From: Guillardia theta CCMP2712
Taxonomy: Eukaryota > Protista > Cryptophyta
Reading direction: 5' to 3'
DNA length: 64,000 nucleotides
NCBI RefSeq assembly: GCF_000315625.1
Contig: NW_005434652.1
Span: forward strand, 696,091-760,090
In this document: positions 1 to 12,863 of the stretch, in pieces
Numbering within the stretch: the first letter of the stretch is position 1
Layout of the letters: the number at the start of each line of letters is the position of its first letter
Made by a program: the position numbers and the translations under genes
Notes under the pieces: generated by a model
Database searches by the model: none
What the model was told of the DNA's origin: nothing
Seen by the model: the letters and a program-made list of their open reading frames with translations, nothing else

Positions 1-1
1 C

Positions 2-1688
2 CAGAGCCTGGCAGCCGGCAATGGCCCTTATTACGCCACGTTTGCTGACGAAACAGACCGCAACTACGGGGTTGAGTTGAAGTGGAGCGACAGCTTGCAA
101 TTTGTTGGATTTCAATATCTGGACCTTCGGATTGACGGGGCTCTCAACGAGACAGTGCAGGTCGACTTGAAACTTTCTTTCCTCTGCGGCATCAGCACCT
201 CCGACCCGACGGGGTACAACAAGCTCTTTGCTGTGGCGGACTCGAGCTTCTTTGATCTGTTCGGCCCTCCTGACTCTCCGTCCAACTTCAAAGTCTCCAA
301 CTACGGATCTCTCGGATTCCGCGTGGAGTTTGATCCTCCCTCCATCAGCGGCGCGAAGCCTCTCTCCGGTTTCATCCTCGAGGTTGACCGTTGCTCGGAC
401 TCTTCTTGTCTTCCTAAGACACAGCACGTGCATCCCAACTTTGCCACTCCCAAGCAGCTCGGATCCGACTATCAGCTTGGGGGAGGTCGCGGGGAAGAGG
501 TTCTTGTCAAGTACAACCAGAGCTCTTCTACGTCATTCGCTCTCACGCTCAATCTGATTCCCAGCAGGCAAATGCTCGCTGGCGACATGCTTGTGCTGCC
601 GCTGCCCAAGTTTACAGCAGATTTAAGGCTGAAATCATCGTACACATGCGCGTTAGCTGAACAGAGTCCTTTCTCGTTGGAGGTTCTTCCGCAAGAGTCT
701 TTGCTTCAGCTCACAGTGAAGGAGGGTAGAGAACTGATCATGTACGCCCCGCTCGATGTTGTCGTTCCTGACAACTGCAACATCTCGCTCGAAATTCCTT
801 ACGGTCAACAGTCCTCAAAGATTTGTTCCGGGATGAACTACTCTCGTTCTTTCTGCTTGTCCATCTTCTCTCTCGGAGGCCTCCGGTGCTGTGATTGGGA
901 CGCCACACAGCAAACTTGCCAGGCCAATGCACTTGTAGACATCTGCCTGCCCTCTGCAGTTCCTGACTCCATCTTGCAAGATGGTTTTGTATCCACCAAC
1001 GCAAGTCAGATAGGCACTTTCTTGTATCCAAATGTTTTGCAAGGAGTCTTCGTGGGCAACTCATTGCAAACTGATACCTGCTTCTCAAACAGCACCACCT
1101 ATCAGTCTTGTTTGTCAGAAGATACCTTCATCCTGCCCAAGATAGAAGACGCAAGCCCGTCGGATCTGTTCTGGAGCGGTCCCCTCCGAGTTGGATCGAC
1201 AACGAGCTCAGCCCAACTCAACGCTGGCTGTGAATCGCTGACGTCATCGTCTAACCCGTGCATCCTGACCGTCGGTACTGATCGCTCCTTCCTCCTTGTC
1301 GCGACCAACGCTTCCTCCAACTCGTCGTCAACCTTGGGGATGAGGATGAAGGGCATCAGACGCCAGGCGATCAACGCTGGTGACGTCCTCTTCCTTCAGT
1401 TCCCCGCTCTCTCGACCAGCTCCCAGCTTTCCATTTCCACTTCTAGAGTTTCTGTGGACACGGAAAGTTTCGAATGGCCTTCTACTTTCAACTCGTCCGA
1501 TCTGTCTCTCACTATCGTCGCTCAGAATGCAATTCCAGCGGAGAAAACTTTGATTTTTGAGGTTTCCGTGCAATGACTCAACAGAGATACCTGACGGCAT
1601 ACGAGCAGGTCACAAACGTCGTGCTGTTGCAGCCTTACTCATCGTTGACTGTCAAATGTGAAGTATTCAGCAGGTCTGTTCCTTACTG

Positions 1689-1723
<35 letters not shown>

Positions 1724-4700
1724 CGCTCCCCCTCCCTCCCTCCCTCCCTCCCTCCTGTCATTCCATTCTTCTTCCCAACCATAGGACATCATGTCCTCTT
1801 TTGACACTCTCCATTTTCCCTCTACCCGACAAGCTTCTGTTGCCTCCACTCGTTGCGCTTCTGTCTCTGATGTCTCGAGTGCAGGAAGAAAACCACCGTC
1901 CTCTTCCATCAGGGCAGCAGATACTCAAACTTCACCTCGCAGACTGGCAGTCCGTTGCAAGGGTACCAAGAGTTTCCGGGGGGCGTCAACTTCATCTTGG
2001 AGGGGAAGATCTACAAGTTTCGGATCTTCTCGTACAACGCGAGGTTCCGAAGCGCCTCGATCTCATCATACCTCAACAACCGCGCGGTCCTCGCTCCTGA
2101 AGCCCCGGCCTACTTTTCTCAGGTTCATCTCCCCGAGCTTATGCCCTTAGTGACCTTCTGTCAGATCGCGCAGGGCTCCGTGAACGCGAGCGTGACTTAC
2201 TATCCCGAGCGGGTGTCAGCTGCCGACTGGTGCGAGTTGGGCCTGCACTTTCAGCTGGACTCCTATCTTGGGGAGGAGGAGACGGTGTACTTCGAGCTGA
2301 ATGGCTTCCAAGGGAGCGAGTGCGAAAATCAAGAAGGTCACCAGTTTGTCTAACTCTTTTACTAGGTTGCTCCAGTTCTGTCCAAGCTGCGAGGCAAGTA
2401 TTAGAAACGAGAGCGTCAAACCTCTTGTGGAACAGAACGTCACCTTCGTTGCTACTTCGGCTCCTTTCCATCCCATCTTCGATCATGGCTCATGGTCACA
2501 AAACTTATCCACTCTTTCGCTCTTCGTGGCGCAAGGGAAATCAGCAGCTCCTGGAGTTCTCTACTCTGTCTACCTTCCCTCAGGCTCACTGCTCTGCCCT
2601 CAACCCGTGAGTTAGGAAGCCACTCGTTCTGTGGCTGACGTGGCAGCAGGAGGCAAGGGCTGTGAGCATGAAAGGTTGGCTGCTTCAGTTCAGCCTCAAT
2701 TGGCTTTCTCCTTCTCCTCTCCTTCACCGGCCTCGCCTGGGCTTCATCGTGCAGGTTCGCCCCCCCCCCCCTAGTGCTCAGCGTCTCCTCTGACCTCACG
2801 TCCCTCAGGTCTCCACGGATCCCGCGTGGAAGTCGTTCGTGCAAACCACCAGCGTGTCGGACAACTTTGACCTTCCCTTGCTGCAAACAAGCTCACCGAT
2901 CGCCTACCTGACCCATGACATCGGCAAGGAAGGCAACGAGATCGGCCTGTGTGGCGAGTGGCGATGGCTGGAGAAGAAATTCATCAAGGTGGACGAGGAG
3001 GTGATGCTGGTGTATCAGGTGCTGGTGATGGAGGAGGGATGCGATCAGAGCATGTTCCGCTCTTCCTTGCTTGTAGATCGAGGGTTTCGATCGCTCAAGA
3101 GCGAGCATGTTAGCGTCCTTGGGGGCGCCAACTGCTCTTGCCTTGCCAATGGAACCTCCGCAGGGTCACCTGATCCCGGCAGAGAGTGTGTCTGCACGAG
3201 TATAGCGCTGGCGTATCCGAGCGCTACGGACTGGTCAGTGGGAGGAGGGATCGACAACAAGGTAGCCAGCAGCTGCCCTCTCGGCGCCTCTTTCTGGGAG
3301 TTGGGGTGCAACCCTCTCGGGGTTGTTTACACCAGCGGCCTCCGCACGGCTCAGAGCGCTGTGGTGTCAACGCAGACACGAGCAGGGGTGGGATACGTCT
3401 CCTGCGACACCCTGGAAGGATCCTGTCAGGCAAACTGCATGTGCTCGTCCTCCAACAAGCTCGCAGGCTTTCAGTTCGGTAGTGTCAGCCCTCTGCCTCA
3501 CTCGCTCCTCCTCGCCTCCCCTGGCGATCCTCTCCACTTCCCGTCAAGGCTCCAGACACGCCTTCTTACCGCCCTCTCCTCCACGTCTCAGACCCTCAAA
3601 GTCTCCGACACGTCGGGACTGAGTGTCAACCTTCTCCTTCGCGTTGACAGTGAGCTCTTGTGGGTGCTCGCCGTGCTCGATGCCAGTACAGCTTTCGTTG
3701 AGAGAGGGTCCTACGGCACCTCAGCTCAGCTTCACCAGCAGGGGTCAGCCGTTAGCGTCGTCACCTGGCCAGTCAGCTCGTTCGTCTCCTCTCGCCGGCA
3801 GTTTTTCTTCCGAGTCGCCGCCTTCAACACAGCGGGCGTGAGCTCCTTCCTCTACTACCAGGTCAAAGCTCTCGCTGTCACTCCCCGTACCGTTCCGACC
3901 ATCGGAGGGACGGTGATGGAGCTGGCGGCGCTAGGGATGGGCATAGGAGGAGAGGGTCACGACTTTCTGCTGGGGCAGCTGACGTCATCCGGCTACATCG
4001 ACTTCGCTCGCTCTCGAGCCTGCAATGTTCTTCGCTCCCTCGACATCGGCGGCACGAGGCTCGTTTGCGAGGCCCCAGCTGGAGTGGGAGCTGTTCAGAA
4101 GTTTGTGCTTTACTTCAGGTGAGTCTCTCGCGCGTCTCCTGCTTGCGCTGAGCAGGTGCTTGCAGGCAGGGATGCCTGGAGTATTTCAACGTGGGGGCTG
4201 CGGTGATCAAATACTCCAAGCCCAACATTCTCCTCGTTGTTCCCAACCTCGTCCCTGGCTCTCTGCCTGCCAAGGTGCGGATTTACGGGGAAAACTTCGG
4301 ACAGAACAGCTCGGAAATCAATATCGTACTGATCAATACCGACAACGATATCATCGCGTGCAATTCCTTTACCTGGCAAGGAAACTCAGGTGAGGGGAAG
4401 CGAGAAAGGGATGAAGAGATGAGAGGAGAATAATAGTGTCCTCGTCAACCCTTGTTTGCTTCTCGTCTCACGCGTCAAAAAACTGCAGGGACCTGCATCT
4501 TCATCCCTTCTTCAGGCCAAACTTTGTCCGGATACATCCAGGTGCTCTCACTCTCACTTACCCCTTCCTTCCTCGTGAACTGCCAGCAGGCGAGCGTCGG
4601 GTCCTCATGGAGTGGAGGTGCTCAAGTCTCGACATTGAAAACTCTGCAGTCCAAGTTTACTCAGGTGACGTCGGAACGCTCTAATTGCTACTCCTCTCCA

Positions 4701-5912
4701 ACCTCCTCGATGCTCGCTGACCTCTTCCTTGCTGCAGATTCCTCCTCCTGTGACAGTAGCCATCACTCTCAACAAAGACATCGCAGCCATCCCCGATGGC
4801 AGGCAATCATCCAACCTTCCACTCCGCTCCTCTTTCTGCCTCGATGCTTTGATATTTCACCCTCTTCTTTCATCCTGTTTGGTCGATTTTCACCTGGACT
4901 AGAACGTCTTCTCTTTCATCGCCTTCTCTCCATTCTCTGTTCCCCTTTAACAAGTTCGTCCCAGTGTGGAGCGGGACAATTTCAAGCGTCAGTTCGCCCA
5001 GGACGTGGCCAACGCCGTCAGCATCTCTGCCTCCCGAATCAACATCACGAGGCGAGAGCGTCGGCAGCTGAGTGGGAGCGACTGACTTGCTGTGCCAGCA
5101 TCGCAGCGGGAAGCATCATCGTCACTTTTGTTATCCTCCCTGACCCTTTCAGCCCGACTGCTCCGACCCCAGGCACCAGCCACGAGCTTTCCCACCTCAT
5201 CTTGACATCTTTGCAGAGCAACTGGGAGCCAACCTCGTCAAGCAAGCCTCCGATCCTAACTCCAAGCTCCTCTCTGGCTCAGTGACCAGCAGCACCTCCT
5301 CTGCTTCAGGAGGCGCCAGCCCCACACAGACCTCGACGTTCCTCACCGAATGCTCCCCCAAGGTCTTGGTTTAATGATCATCTCTCCTCCTCCTCTTGAC
5401 TTAGTCATCATTCCTGCTGCTGCTGCTCTGATCAAACTCTGCAGACCTACTCGTGGGTCGACATGGATCTCTGCTTCGACTGCTGTCAGGGTCGTTGCGT
5501 GGCGACGTCACTCTTGCCAAGTTCATCGTTGAACTATGAGGTGAAAGAATAGAGCGAGGAGGACATGGAAGGCAAAGATGAGATATCGTGTTGTTAGATG
5601 TCGTTTTTTCTTCGTTTTGAGAGGGAGGAGGAGGAGGAGGAGGAGGAGGAGGAGGAGGAGGAGGAGGAGGAGGAGGAGGAGGAGGAGGAGGAGGAGGAGG
5701 AGGAGGAGGAGGAGGCGAGAAGGGAAGCAGTTGTGATCTAATTTATTACTGTCTTCCTCCAGGACTGCGACCTGACGTGCATGCTGCACTGCGGGTGAGT
5801 CGGAGGGTTAAGAATAGTTAGTCTCGTGACGTCTGTCAGGTACGGACGAGAGTTGCCGTTGGACGGGGGTCCCCCAGTGCTGGAGGAAGGAGTTTGCAAC
5901 CGAACGAGCTGA
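2..5912 (+). CDS. Large multi-exon surface/extracellular protein with FN3-like, IPT/TIG and SEA-like modules and a Cys-rich tail (5'-partial)
   Basis: The frame is open from base 2. FN3 strands GPPDSPSNFKV...FDPPSISGAKPLSGFILEV, GKIYKFRIFSYN and FFFRVAAFNTAGVS; IPT motifs PRTVPTIGGTVMELAALGMG and KVRIYGENFG; SEA-like FKRQFAQDVANAVSISASRINITSIAAGSIIVTFVIL. Last exon YGRELPLDGGPPVLEEGVCNRTS* ends with TGA at 5910-5912. Internal exon boundaries only partly resolved. Confidence 0.7.
1693..1755. repeat. (CT)n + (CCCT)n microsatellite in an intron
   Basis: Directly visible polypyrimidine tract. Confidence 0.9.
5624..5715. repeat. (GGA)n microsatellite, about 30 copies, intronic
   Basis: Perfect trinucleotide run. 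Confidence 0.95.
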
Positions 5913-5947
5913 GCTCAAGCTACTTGTGCACTAGACCTAAACACACC

Positions 5948-7225
5948 TCAATCGTCAGAGCTCTCCGCCTCATTGCCGCTCCCTCCTCCTCTGCCTTCCC
6001 CGTCATGCTCAAAACCCTCGAGGCTTTCCAGCGCGTCCTGACCTCCCGCAGCGACGCTACCAGCGTCGGCTCTGTTCTTCCTCGACTTCTTGAGCTCCTT
6101 CCTCGCCTCGCGCTGCTCAGGAGTCTCGTCCTTGAGCGCCTGCTTCTTCAGAGCCTTCCGGAGCCTCCGCTCCTCGTCGCTCTCATGTTTCTTCTTCTTG
6201 GGATACGCTCGTTGCACCTCGACGGGAGACTCCGGCAGGTTCAGCTCGTGCGCCACTTGGAGCTCTTCGACCTTGCGGGACCCTCGGGGTAGGGATGTTG
6301 TCGTGTCTGCTTCCATGTACGCCATCCTCTCTTGCACCGTTCCTCTCCCCGCGCCCTCGGGACCAGCGAGCCCCTCCACCCTCCTCCGCGGCCTCACGTA
6401 TGCCGGCACTTCCATGACCTCCATCCCCCCCATCGGCGTGTCCAGCTGCCCGACGCCAGCATGTAGGTAGGAGACTTGACCTGCATCCTCGTCGCCGACA
6501 AGAGGCGAATGACGGGGAAAGCTCTCGAGGTCGTTGGGAAGCGAATCGTGCGAGACATCGTCGGGATGCTGACTGCCGTCTTTGATCTCCAGCACGTTCA
6601 CCTCGAGCCCCAGGAACCTGTCCAGCTGGGTCTTGATGTCATGAGCTGTCATCCTGCTCGACCTGACCTGCAGGCATGACGGGGTGCCGGATGTGAAGGT
6701 AGTGACCGGGCGCGAGTCCTGCTGGAAGTAGACGACGACTTGCGATCGCGATTTCATCCCGTACCTGGACTCGAAGTATTCGTCCTCGCCCTCACCGAAG
6801 GAGAACTGTGCTCTGTCCTGAGAGTCCTCGCCCTCTCCGACAAAGTTGTCTTGGAAGCTCTCGACCCGGATGCTCACGATTTCTGAGAGGGCGAACTCGC
6901 TGGAGGAGTAGCAGACGCAGGGGATGCAGTTGAGAAGCTGATGCTCCTGCCTGAACGAGTCCAAGTTCTTGTCCATCCTCGTGTTCGTCACGATCGTGAA
7001 AGGCAGGAGCACCAGGAAGGACATCAAGGCGAAGGTCAGGAGCACCGCCCCGATCCATGTCGGGATTCGCACGCTCGAGCTGTCGACCGGCTGGTTGGCG
7101 GCGGCAAGGAAGAAGATGGCAGGAACAAAGAGAAGGAGGAAGCAGAAGAGCCAGGTGATGGTCCACTTGAAGGCTGAGTTCTTGACCAGCAGCACGTTCT
7201 CCGACCGTACCTCCACCCTCGCCAT
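5948..7225 (-). CDS. Hypothetical intronless membrane protein: two N-terminal TM helices and a charged K/E-rich C-terminus
   Basis: 435-codon ORF 5948..7255; first ATG at 7225 (MARVEVRSE). Hydrophobic segments WTITWLFCFLLLFVPAIFFLAA and WIGAVLLTFALMSFLVLLPFTIV. Confidence 0.7.
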   Translation of the reverse strand: MARVEVRSENVLLVKNSAFKWTITWLFCFLLLFVPAIFFLAAANQPVDSSSVRIPTWIGAVLLTFALMSFLVLLPFTIVTNTRMDKNLDSFRQEHQLLNCIPCVCYSSSEFALSEIVSIRVESFQDNFVGEGEDSQDRAQFSFGEGEDEYFESRYGMKSRSQVVVYFQQDSRPVTTFTSGTPSCLQVRSSRMTAHDIKTQLDRFLGLEVNVLEIKDGSQHPDDVSHDSLPNDLESFPRHSPLVGDEDAGQVSYLHAGVGQLDTPMGGMEVMEVPAYVRPRRRVEGLAGPEGAGRGTVQERMAYMEADTTTSLPRGSRKVEELQVAHELNLPESPVEVQRAYPKKKKHESDEERRLRKALKKQALKDETPEQREARKELKKSRKNRADAGSVAAGGQDALESLEGFEHDGEGRGGGSGNEAESSDD

Positions 7226-7361
7226 CTTCAGCCCAGCATAGACCAAAGGTGGCAACGGATAACGGGGGCAGCGAAAGTCTAGATAGGGCAGCCGGGGTGA
7301 AATAGTTCTGCCCTAGAAATTGGGGGAAGGGAAGGGAAGGGAATTAAGGGGCGGAATTCAG

Positions 7362-7415
<54 letters not shown>
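7362..7415. repeat. (GCAGGA)9 hexamer repeat
   Basis: Perfect tandem hexamer upstream of the 5948-7225 gene. Confidence 0.95.
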
Positions 7416-7416
<1 letters not shown>

Positions 7417-7449
7417 AACAGGACATTTGGGTGAGGAGAGCAGAAGCAA

Positions 7450-10400
7450 GAGGAGGTCAATGCCATCAAGGTACCTCCGCCTCTGCGTTGTTGTTCTTGT
7501 CTTCTGCTGGATCGCACCTTCCAAGTCTGAGTGAGAATCCTCTGCTTCTATGCTGCTTTCTCATCAGCCACCAGGACCGGAAGCATCACAGATGAGGACA
7601 TGAGCATATGCCACGGTAGAGCTACCTACCTCCTCCCCCTCCCCCTCCCCCAACCTTTCCCCCTCCTCCCTTGCCCTCGAGCTGTAACCCTGGGCTCAGG
7701 TCTGCTGCATCAAGACATCCCTGACGTGTCCTACGACTCGAGGTTCCCTCCCGCTCCTCCTCTCGCGGTCTCATCTCCTACCCCAGCTGGAAGGAGCTGC
7801 CACGAGGGCACGTGCCGGACGGTCTGCGCGTTTGGGGAAAGCTCGAGGAAGGGTCAGCAGCGACAACCTTCGTAGCCTCCGGCACCTTGCACAACGTTAC
7901 GAGCAGCGCGGTAGGGAGCATGACCGGTCCACTTGAGGGTAGCTCAAGGGGTTCAGGTGCTCGCCACGTTCGAAGGAACGAACTTCACACAGCGCAAGAC
8001 GTGGGACCCGTCGTGCCTCGCCTTGAACGTGATCTCGAGGAACGAGAAAGTCCCAGCGCCAGCAGCTGAACTCATGTGGTTTCAACAGCCATGAAACCGA
8101 TCAGGTCGTGCGGTGGGTGACGGACCTTCCTTGGCCTCTATCCGACAGGGAGTACATCTTCAGGTGCGGTCGCTTGCTCCTGCAACCTTGGCTGACGCAG
8201 GCGGGTGTAGACGGAGGATCGTCTGCCGAGAGGATGGCTCGTGCATCGCCGTCAGCAAGGTCAGTGGGTTGACCTGCGCGAGACGCTCAAGGTTGTGCAG
8301 ACTGTGGCAGAGGAGTCTGTGTTGATAGCAAGAGATCCCTCGCTGGTGCTGCTACTCCTTGTTGAGGACCAGCACGGTCTAAGCTGGGGGACAGGTGCGG
8401 GTGAGGGACTTCGTGCAATACTCGCAGATTCGTCCTTCCAAGGTGAGGGAGCCTAGAGGAAGCAGCTACATTCTGATCTCGTTCACCTGCCCCCTCCTCT
8501 GCTCGCTTTCTCGGCAGGACGGGAAAGGAGTCGACGTCGGGTTGCTGTAATGCTGAGACCGACCAAGTGGGATTGTTGACGCCTGACCTTCAGGTATCGT
8601 AACGACCTGGAAGGAAGCCTTCCGCACTGGGTGGTGAAATGGTTCAGCAACATTGGAGTGAGTTGGGATCAACCAGCTGTGATCTTATTTGTCTTCTCTC
8701 TCTATCTCGCCATATTTCCTTTTCTACCTCCTCCCACCTCTATTTCCCTGCTCTCTTGTGAACTTGTTGCCTTGTTTTCGTAACTTGATTTCTTTCTTCC
8801 ATGTGACACCTTTTTCCCTTCTCAGCTTCCCATCTATCTGAAGCAGATAGAGAAGGAGATTCGGTCACACTCGTCTCATGTCAAATAGCTGTTATCTTAC
8901 AATACCATCTCTACTTTCACTCCCACACACTCAGCTCACATCTCTCTCGCATCCTCCTCCCCTCATCTCCCCCTCCATGTGTCTTCATGTCGCTGCATTG
9001 CACTTCACTTGCTGCTGTTCAGCCAGCTACCCACGAAGCTCGACCATCTGCGAGCGTCTCAGAGAGGGCAGGAAGCTAGCGGGCGCACCTCAGCTCCCCG
9101 CCGACTCTTGACTTGACCTCTCCCACCTTCCCCATGTCAGCCTAGTCACAAGCATGTCGATCGCTCACCTTCTTTGGGGGGATGCGGCCGAGGACGGGCA
9201 GTCGTTGAGAGGAAGGAGGAATCTTATGCAGCATCGCGAGACCTTCTACCATCACCTGCGGCACCTCACTCTCCTCTACCCTCCTGTGCTCCTTCACCCC
9301 AGCAGCGACCGGCCCCTTCTCTCCGTCGTGCGACATCTCTCGCAGTATCCTCCTCCCCATCTCCAGAGCCTTCGCCGCCCGTCCGCCCGTCAAGCTGAGC
9401 AGCGACTGGACCCACACCTGCCACCCGTCAGGCCGAAACCCGCGGGCCCGACAGCCTCACTCCGAGCGTAGGAAAAGAGATCCTTCCCGTGAGGTCCAAT
9501 CGGCGCTGAGAGGGGGTGAGACTCTCCCGCCTCCTCCCTCCCCTACCTGCAGGCAGTTCCAGGTCTTGTCTTTCGTTGTCCCCTGAAGTATGTTCTCCTC
9601 CTCCTCCTCTCCCTCCTCCGTCGCGTCTCTCGAGCTGTCCACGGTCAGGTCTGCTGCATCAGAAAGCTCCTCGCCCTCCTCACCTTGAGAGAGATTCGTA
9701 CGCTATCAGGTCGAACTGCACCCAAGAGGGCAGCGAAGATGCTGAGAGTACGCCCTTCCCCTCCTCCTTCCTTTCTCGGTCAGCTCCGACACCAGCCCTC
9801 GCTTCCTCCTCTTCTCACCTTCGACCGATGCACGTAGCTCAAGGCCGACGCATGCTCTCTTCGCAGCAGAACGAGCTCGAGCTGGGGGAGGGAGTCAGCT
9901 CTGCGTGCCTGGAGCCTCTTGGGGCTGACGGACCTGCTTGACGCCTTTGGATCTCGTGAAGTTTCTTGACCTGCCCCAACATCACCCACAGCCGCCGCAC
10001 TCTCACGACCAGCTCACTCCAGCTCCTCGAGCTCCTCGCTCCTCCCCCACATCCCTTTCGCTATCTCCACCCACGAGTCTTCGCGGTGGTTTCCCTCCTC
10101 CTCTTCAAGTGGCTTTCCTACGAGCATCCTGTTCCTGCTAACGTCCATCCTCACGGCCACCGGCGCGTCCTTGCTCGGTTGGACATGCGCGTCTAGCGTC
10201 AGCCCGCCGGTCAACTTCAGCACTTTGAGGTCGCCATGGAGGTCGAGGAGGTCGAGGAGGAGAGCAAGCAGCCTGAACGCAGGCAAGTCAAGCGAGGGAG
10301 GATGAGAAAATCAAGTTCCTGCAGGAGGAGACGACGCCCGAGCTCAGGCAGCTCTCGAGCTCCTCGTAGAGTGCTTCTCCTTCGTCTTCCTGCTCAAAGC

Positions 10401-12340
10401 AAGATCAGCAAGTGACTTCAGCTGGCGTCTCCTTACATGAGAATAGGGAAATGCCAGGACACGATCCGACTTTCTCTGCTGCGTCTTGGGAATGCTTGAG
10501 CTGTCCTGCAGCGACTCCAGCAAAGCCTGGTGCAAGTACGGCAAAGCTTTCTCCTCGCCTGCCGCCCATCAACGAGTCAGCAGGACAAGAGAAAGTCTCA
10601 CAGGAATTCAAGGTGAAGGCTTCGACGCTTGCGGGGCACCTTTCTCTTTCAAGCCTGCAGCAAGAATGAACAAGTGAGAACCACTAGCGTTATCAGCACT
10701 TTATCCAGTCCTGAAGCTCTGACTTGACTCCGTCCCAGTCAATCCGGACGGTCGAGACATTTCGTTTCTCCATGGCTTCTCCCACTTCCTTGTTGACGTA
10801 GACTGGCCAGTTCAAAAAGAATTCCGCGAGGTCTGCGGAAGGAATCGCCTGCAGGAGGTTTCAGGCGTGCGGGGAGCCTTGTCCTCGTCTTCACCTGCTC
10901 TAACGGGTTGACCCCACACGTCGGCTTGCAGAAGAGCCCTGCTTGCACCCCGAGATTCGCAGCTCGCAGAGGAAGAATCTGCTCCTTGTTCGGTGATCCT
11001 TTCTTCTGCTCAGGTAGGCTGCTTCCTCCCAGACGGAAGGGAGCGACAAGCTTCGAAGCCTCGCTGCGCCTCCTCATCACGCAGTCCCCCAACGTCTCCT
11101 TCACATCATGTTTCTCTCACGCATCCAAAAATCATCGTCGCACCTCCGCCAGCGATGCAGCGTAGAGATGTTGGGGAAAGATGCTGTCAGAGTCGATGCC
11201 GTGGAAGGGGCAGGGGAACTCGACGTCATCGGGTGGGGCCTTGACGAGCGAGGGATCGAAGTCGACGTCATCTTTGACTCGCGTCAAGTCTCGCGTCAAG
11301 ACCAAGACTACTCACCCGCGATGATCATGTGCGTCTCAGTCACGACGGCCCATTGCACCAACAAGACCCACGGGCTTTCTGTCTCGAAGCCTATCAGAGG
11401 GACCTGAGGCCATGATGAGCCTTCACGTCGCAGCTACTTGTGCTTACATGTAGAGCAGCAAGAGCGTGTCGTAACGAGCATATCGCACTGGTTTCAAACG
11501 CCCTCTTTCTCGATATTCGTTTCTTCGTCGTCTCACTCGTCCCGTTGCCCTCGCGATCTCCCTCTCGCTGTGTCACCACCATAGCAAGGAGCGGAAGCTT
11601 GAGCTTGTCAGAGATCCACAGCGCATGCTTGCGGCAAGAAGACTAAGTTGAGGGAGGTAGAGGAACAACATACCGACAGCGCAAGGTTGTCGCATACCCT
11701 CCTCGATTTGCGTATCAGGTAGAGAATCTACCCGGTATCACCGAGCTGAGACTGCAACACATTCAACATCTACTCACATGCCGGCCGTTCCTGCGATGGG
11801 AGGGTTTCGGAAAGGAGAAGCAGCGGCTTCTCAGCTTGATAGCAGCAGGCCACCGCTCGCTGCAGTTGCAGTCAGCTCAGAACCAGCTGGTGTCGCCTCT
11901 CACCGCACAAGCAGGTAGGGATCTGCTGGGGGAACTTGTGGGGCGATCAGAGTCTGCATCGGCTCATCTGAGTTGTAAGACGGAGACTACTCTTGCGGTC
12001 AGAATGAGCCAATGGAGGAGCAGCGAGGTATCACTCGGTTCGTCGCCACCCCTTGCTCCTCTACCATCCTATGAACCATGATGCATCAGATGCAACAGGA
12101 CATCAAAGAGGAACGCACATGTCATCGGAAGAAGCTTTCTCTTCTTCCTGCGTAGTTTCCCTTCTCTCCGGTGTACATGAGGACACCAACTGTTCTTCCA
12201 GCATCTTCATGGCTTGCCAGGCATCAAACGGCACAGCTCTGCCGCATGCACAATCAGCAGAGTCGCTCTCATTCGTGTGATGTTAGTGTTGCCTGCAAGG
12301 AGGAGAGAGAAGAGGAATGGCGTCGTTATCGGGTCCCAGC
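7450..12340 (-). CDS. Probable multi-exon hypothetical gene(s), Ser/Pro/Arg-rich
   Basis: Chain of minus-strand ORF segments (8466-8672, 9142-9417, 10014-10286, 10739-11104, 11394-11582) separated by short intron-like segments. No recognisable domain; boundaries approximate. Confidence 0.35.
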
Positions 12341-12390
12341 ACCACTGAGATCTCCAGCATCTGTCCAGGCATCAATCGCATTCGCCTTCA

Positions 12391-12490
12391 CTCTCCTCCT
12401 CTCTCCTCCTCTCTCCTCCTCTCTCCTCCTCTCTCCTCCTCTCTCCTCCTCTCTCCTCCTCTCTCCTCCTCTCTCCTCCTCTCTCCTCCT
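12391..12490. repeat. (CTCTCCTCCT)10 decamer repeat
   Basis: Ten perfect copies, followed by an 18-mer ATCCTGTTCTTCTCCTGC duplicated at about 12498-12533. Confidence 0.95.
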
Positions 12491-12863
12491 CTCTACTATC
12501 CTGTTCTTCTCCTGCATCCTGTTCTTCTCCTGCACACTCTACATGACACTCATCGCCGCCGCCGCCATCGCTGTCTCCGCATCAAGTTCTGCCATTGCAT
12601 TCGCTTGGCGCAGATGATGGGCGACCAGGCCACAAAAATTCCTCTGGAAATGCGGTGGAAATGCTGAAAATGCCAGTGAGGCTGGCAGCAAGAACGGCAG
12701 GGGAGCGGGAGGGGAGGAGAAGGAGGGAGGATGGGATGATGCGGAGGAGAGGAGCAGGGATGCAGTGAGGTTGTCCAACCAGTAGAGGCGGGCAGGGAAA
12801 GCGGCAGGGAAGCGTGGAGAAGCGGAGGGAGGAAGGAGGGAGAGAGGTCGAGGGTTCGTCAGG

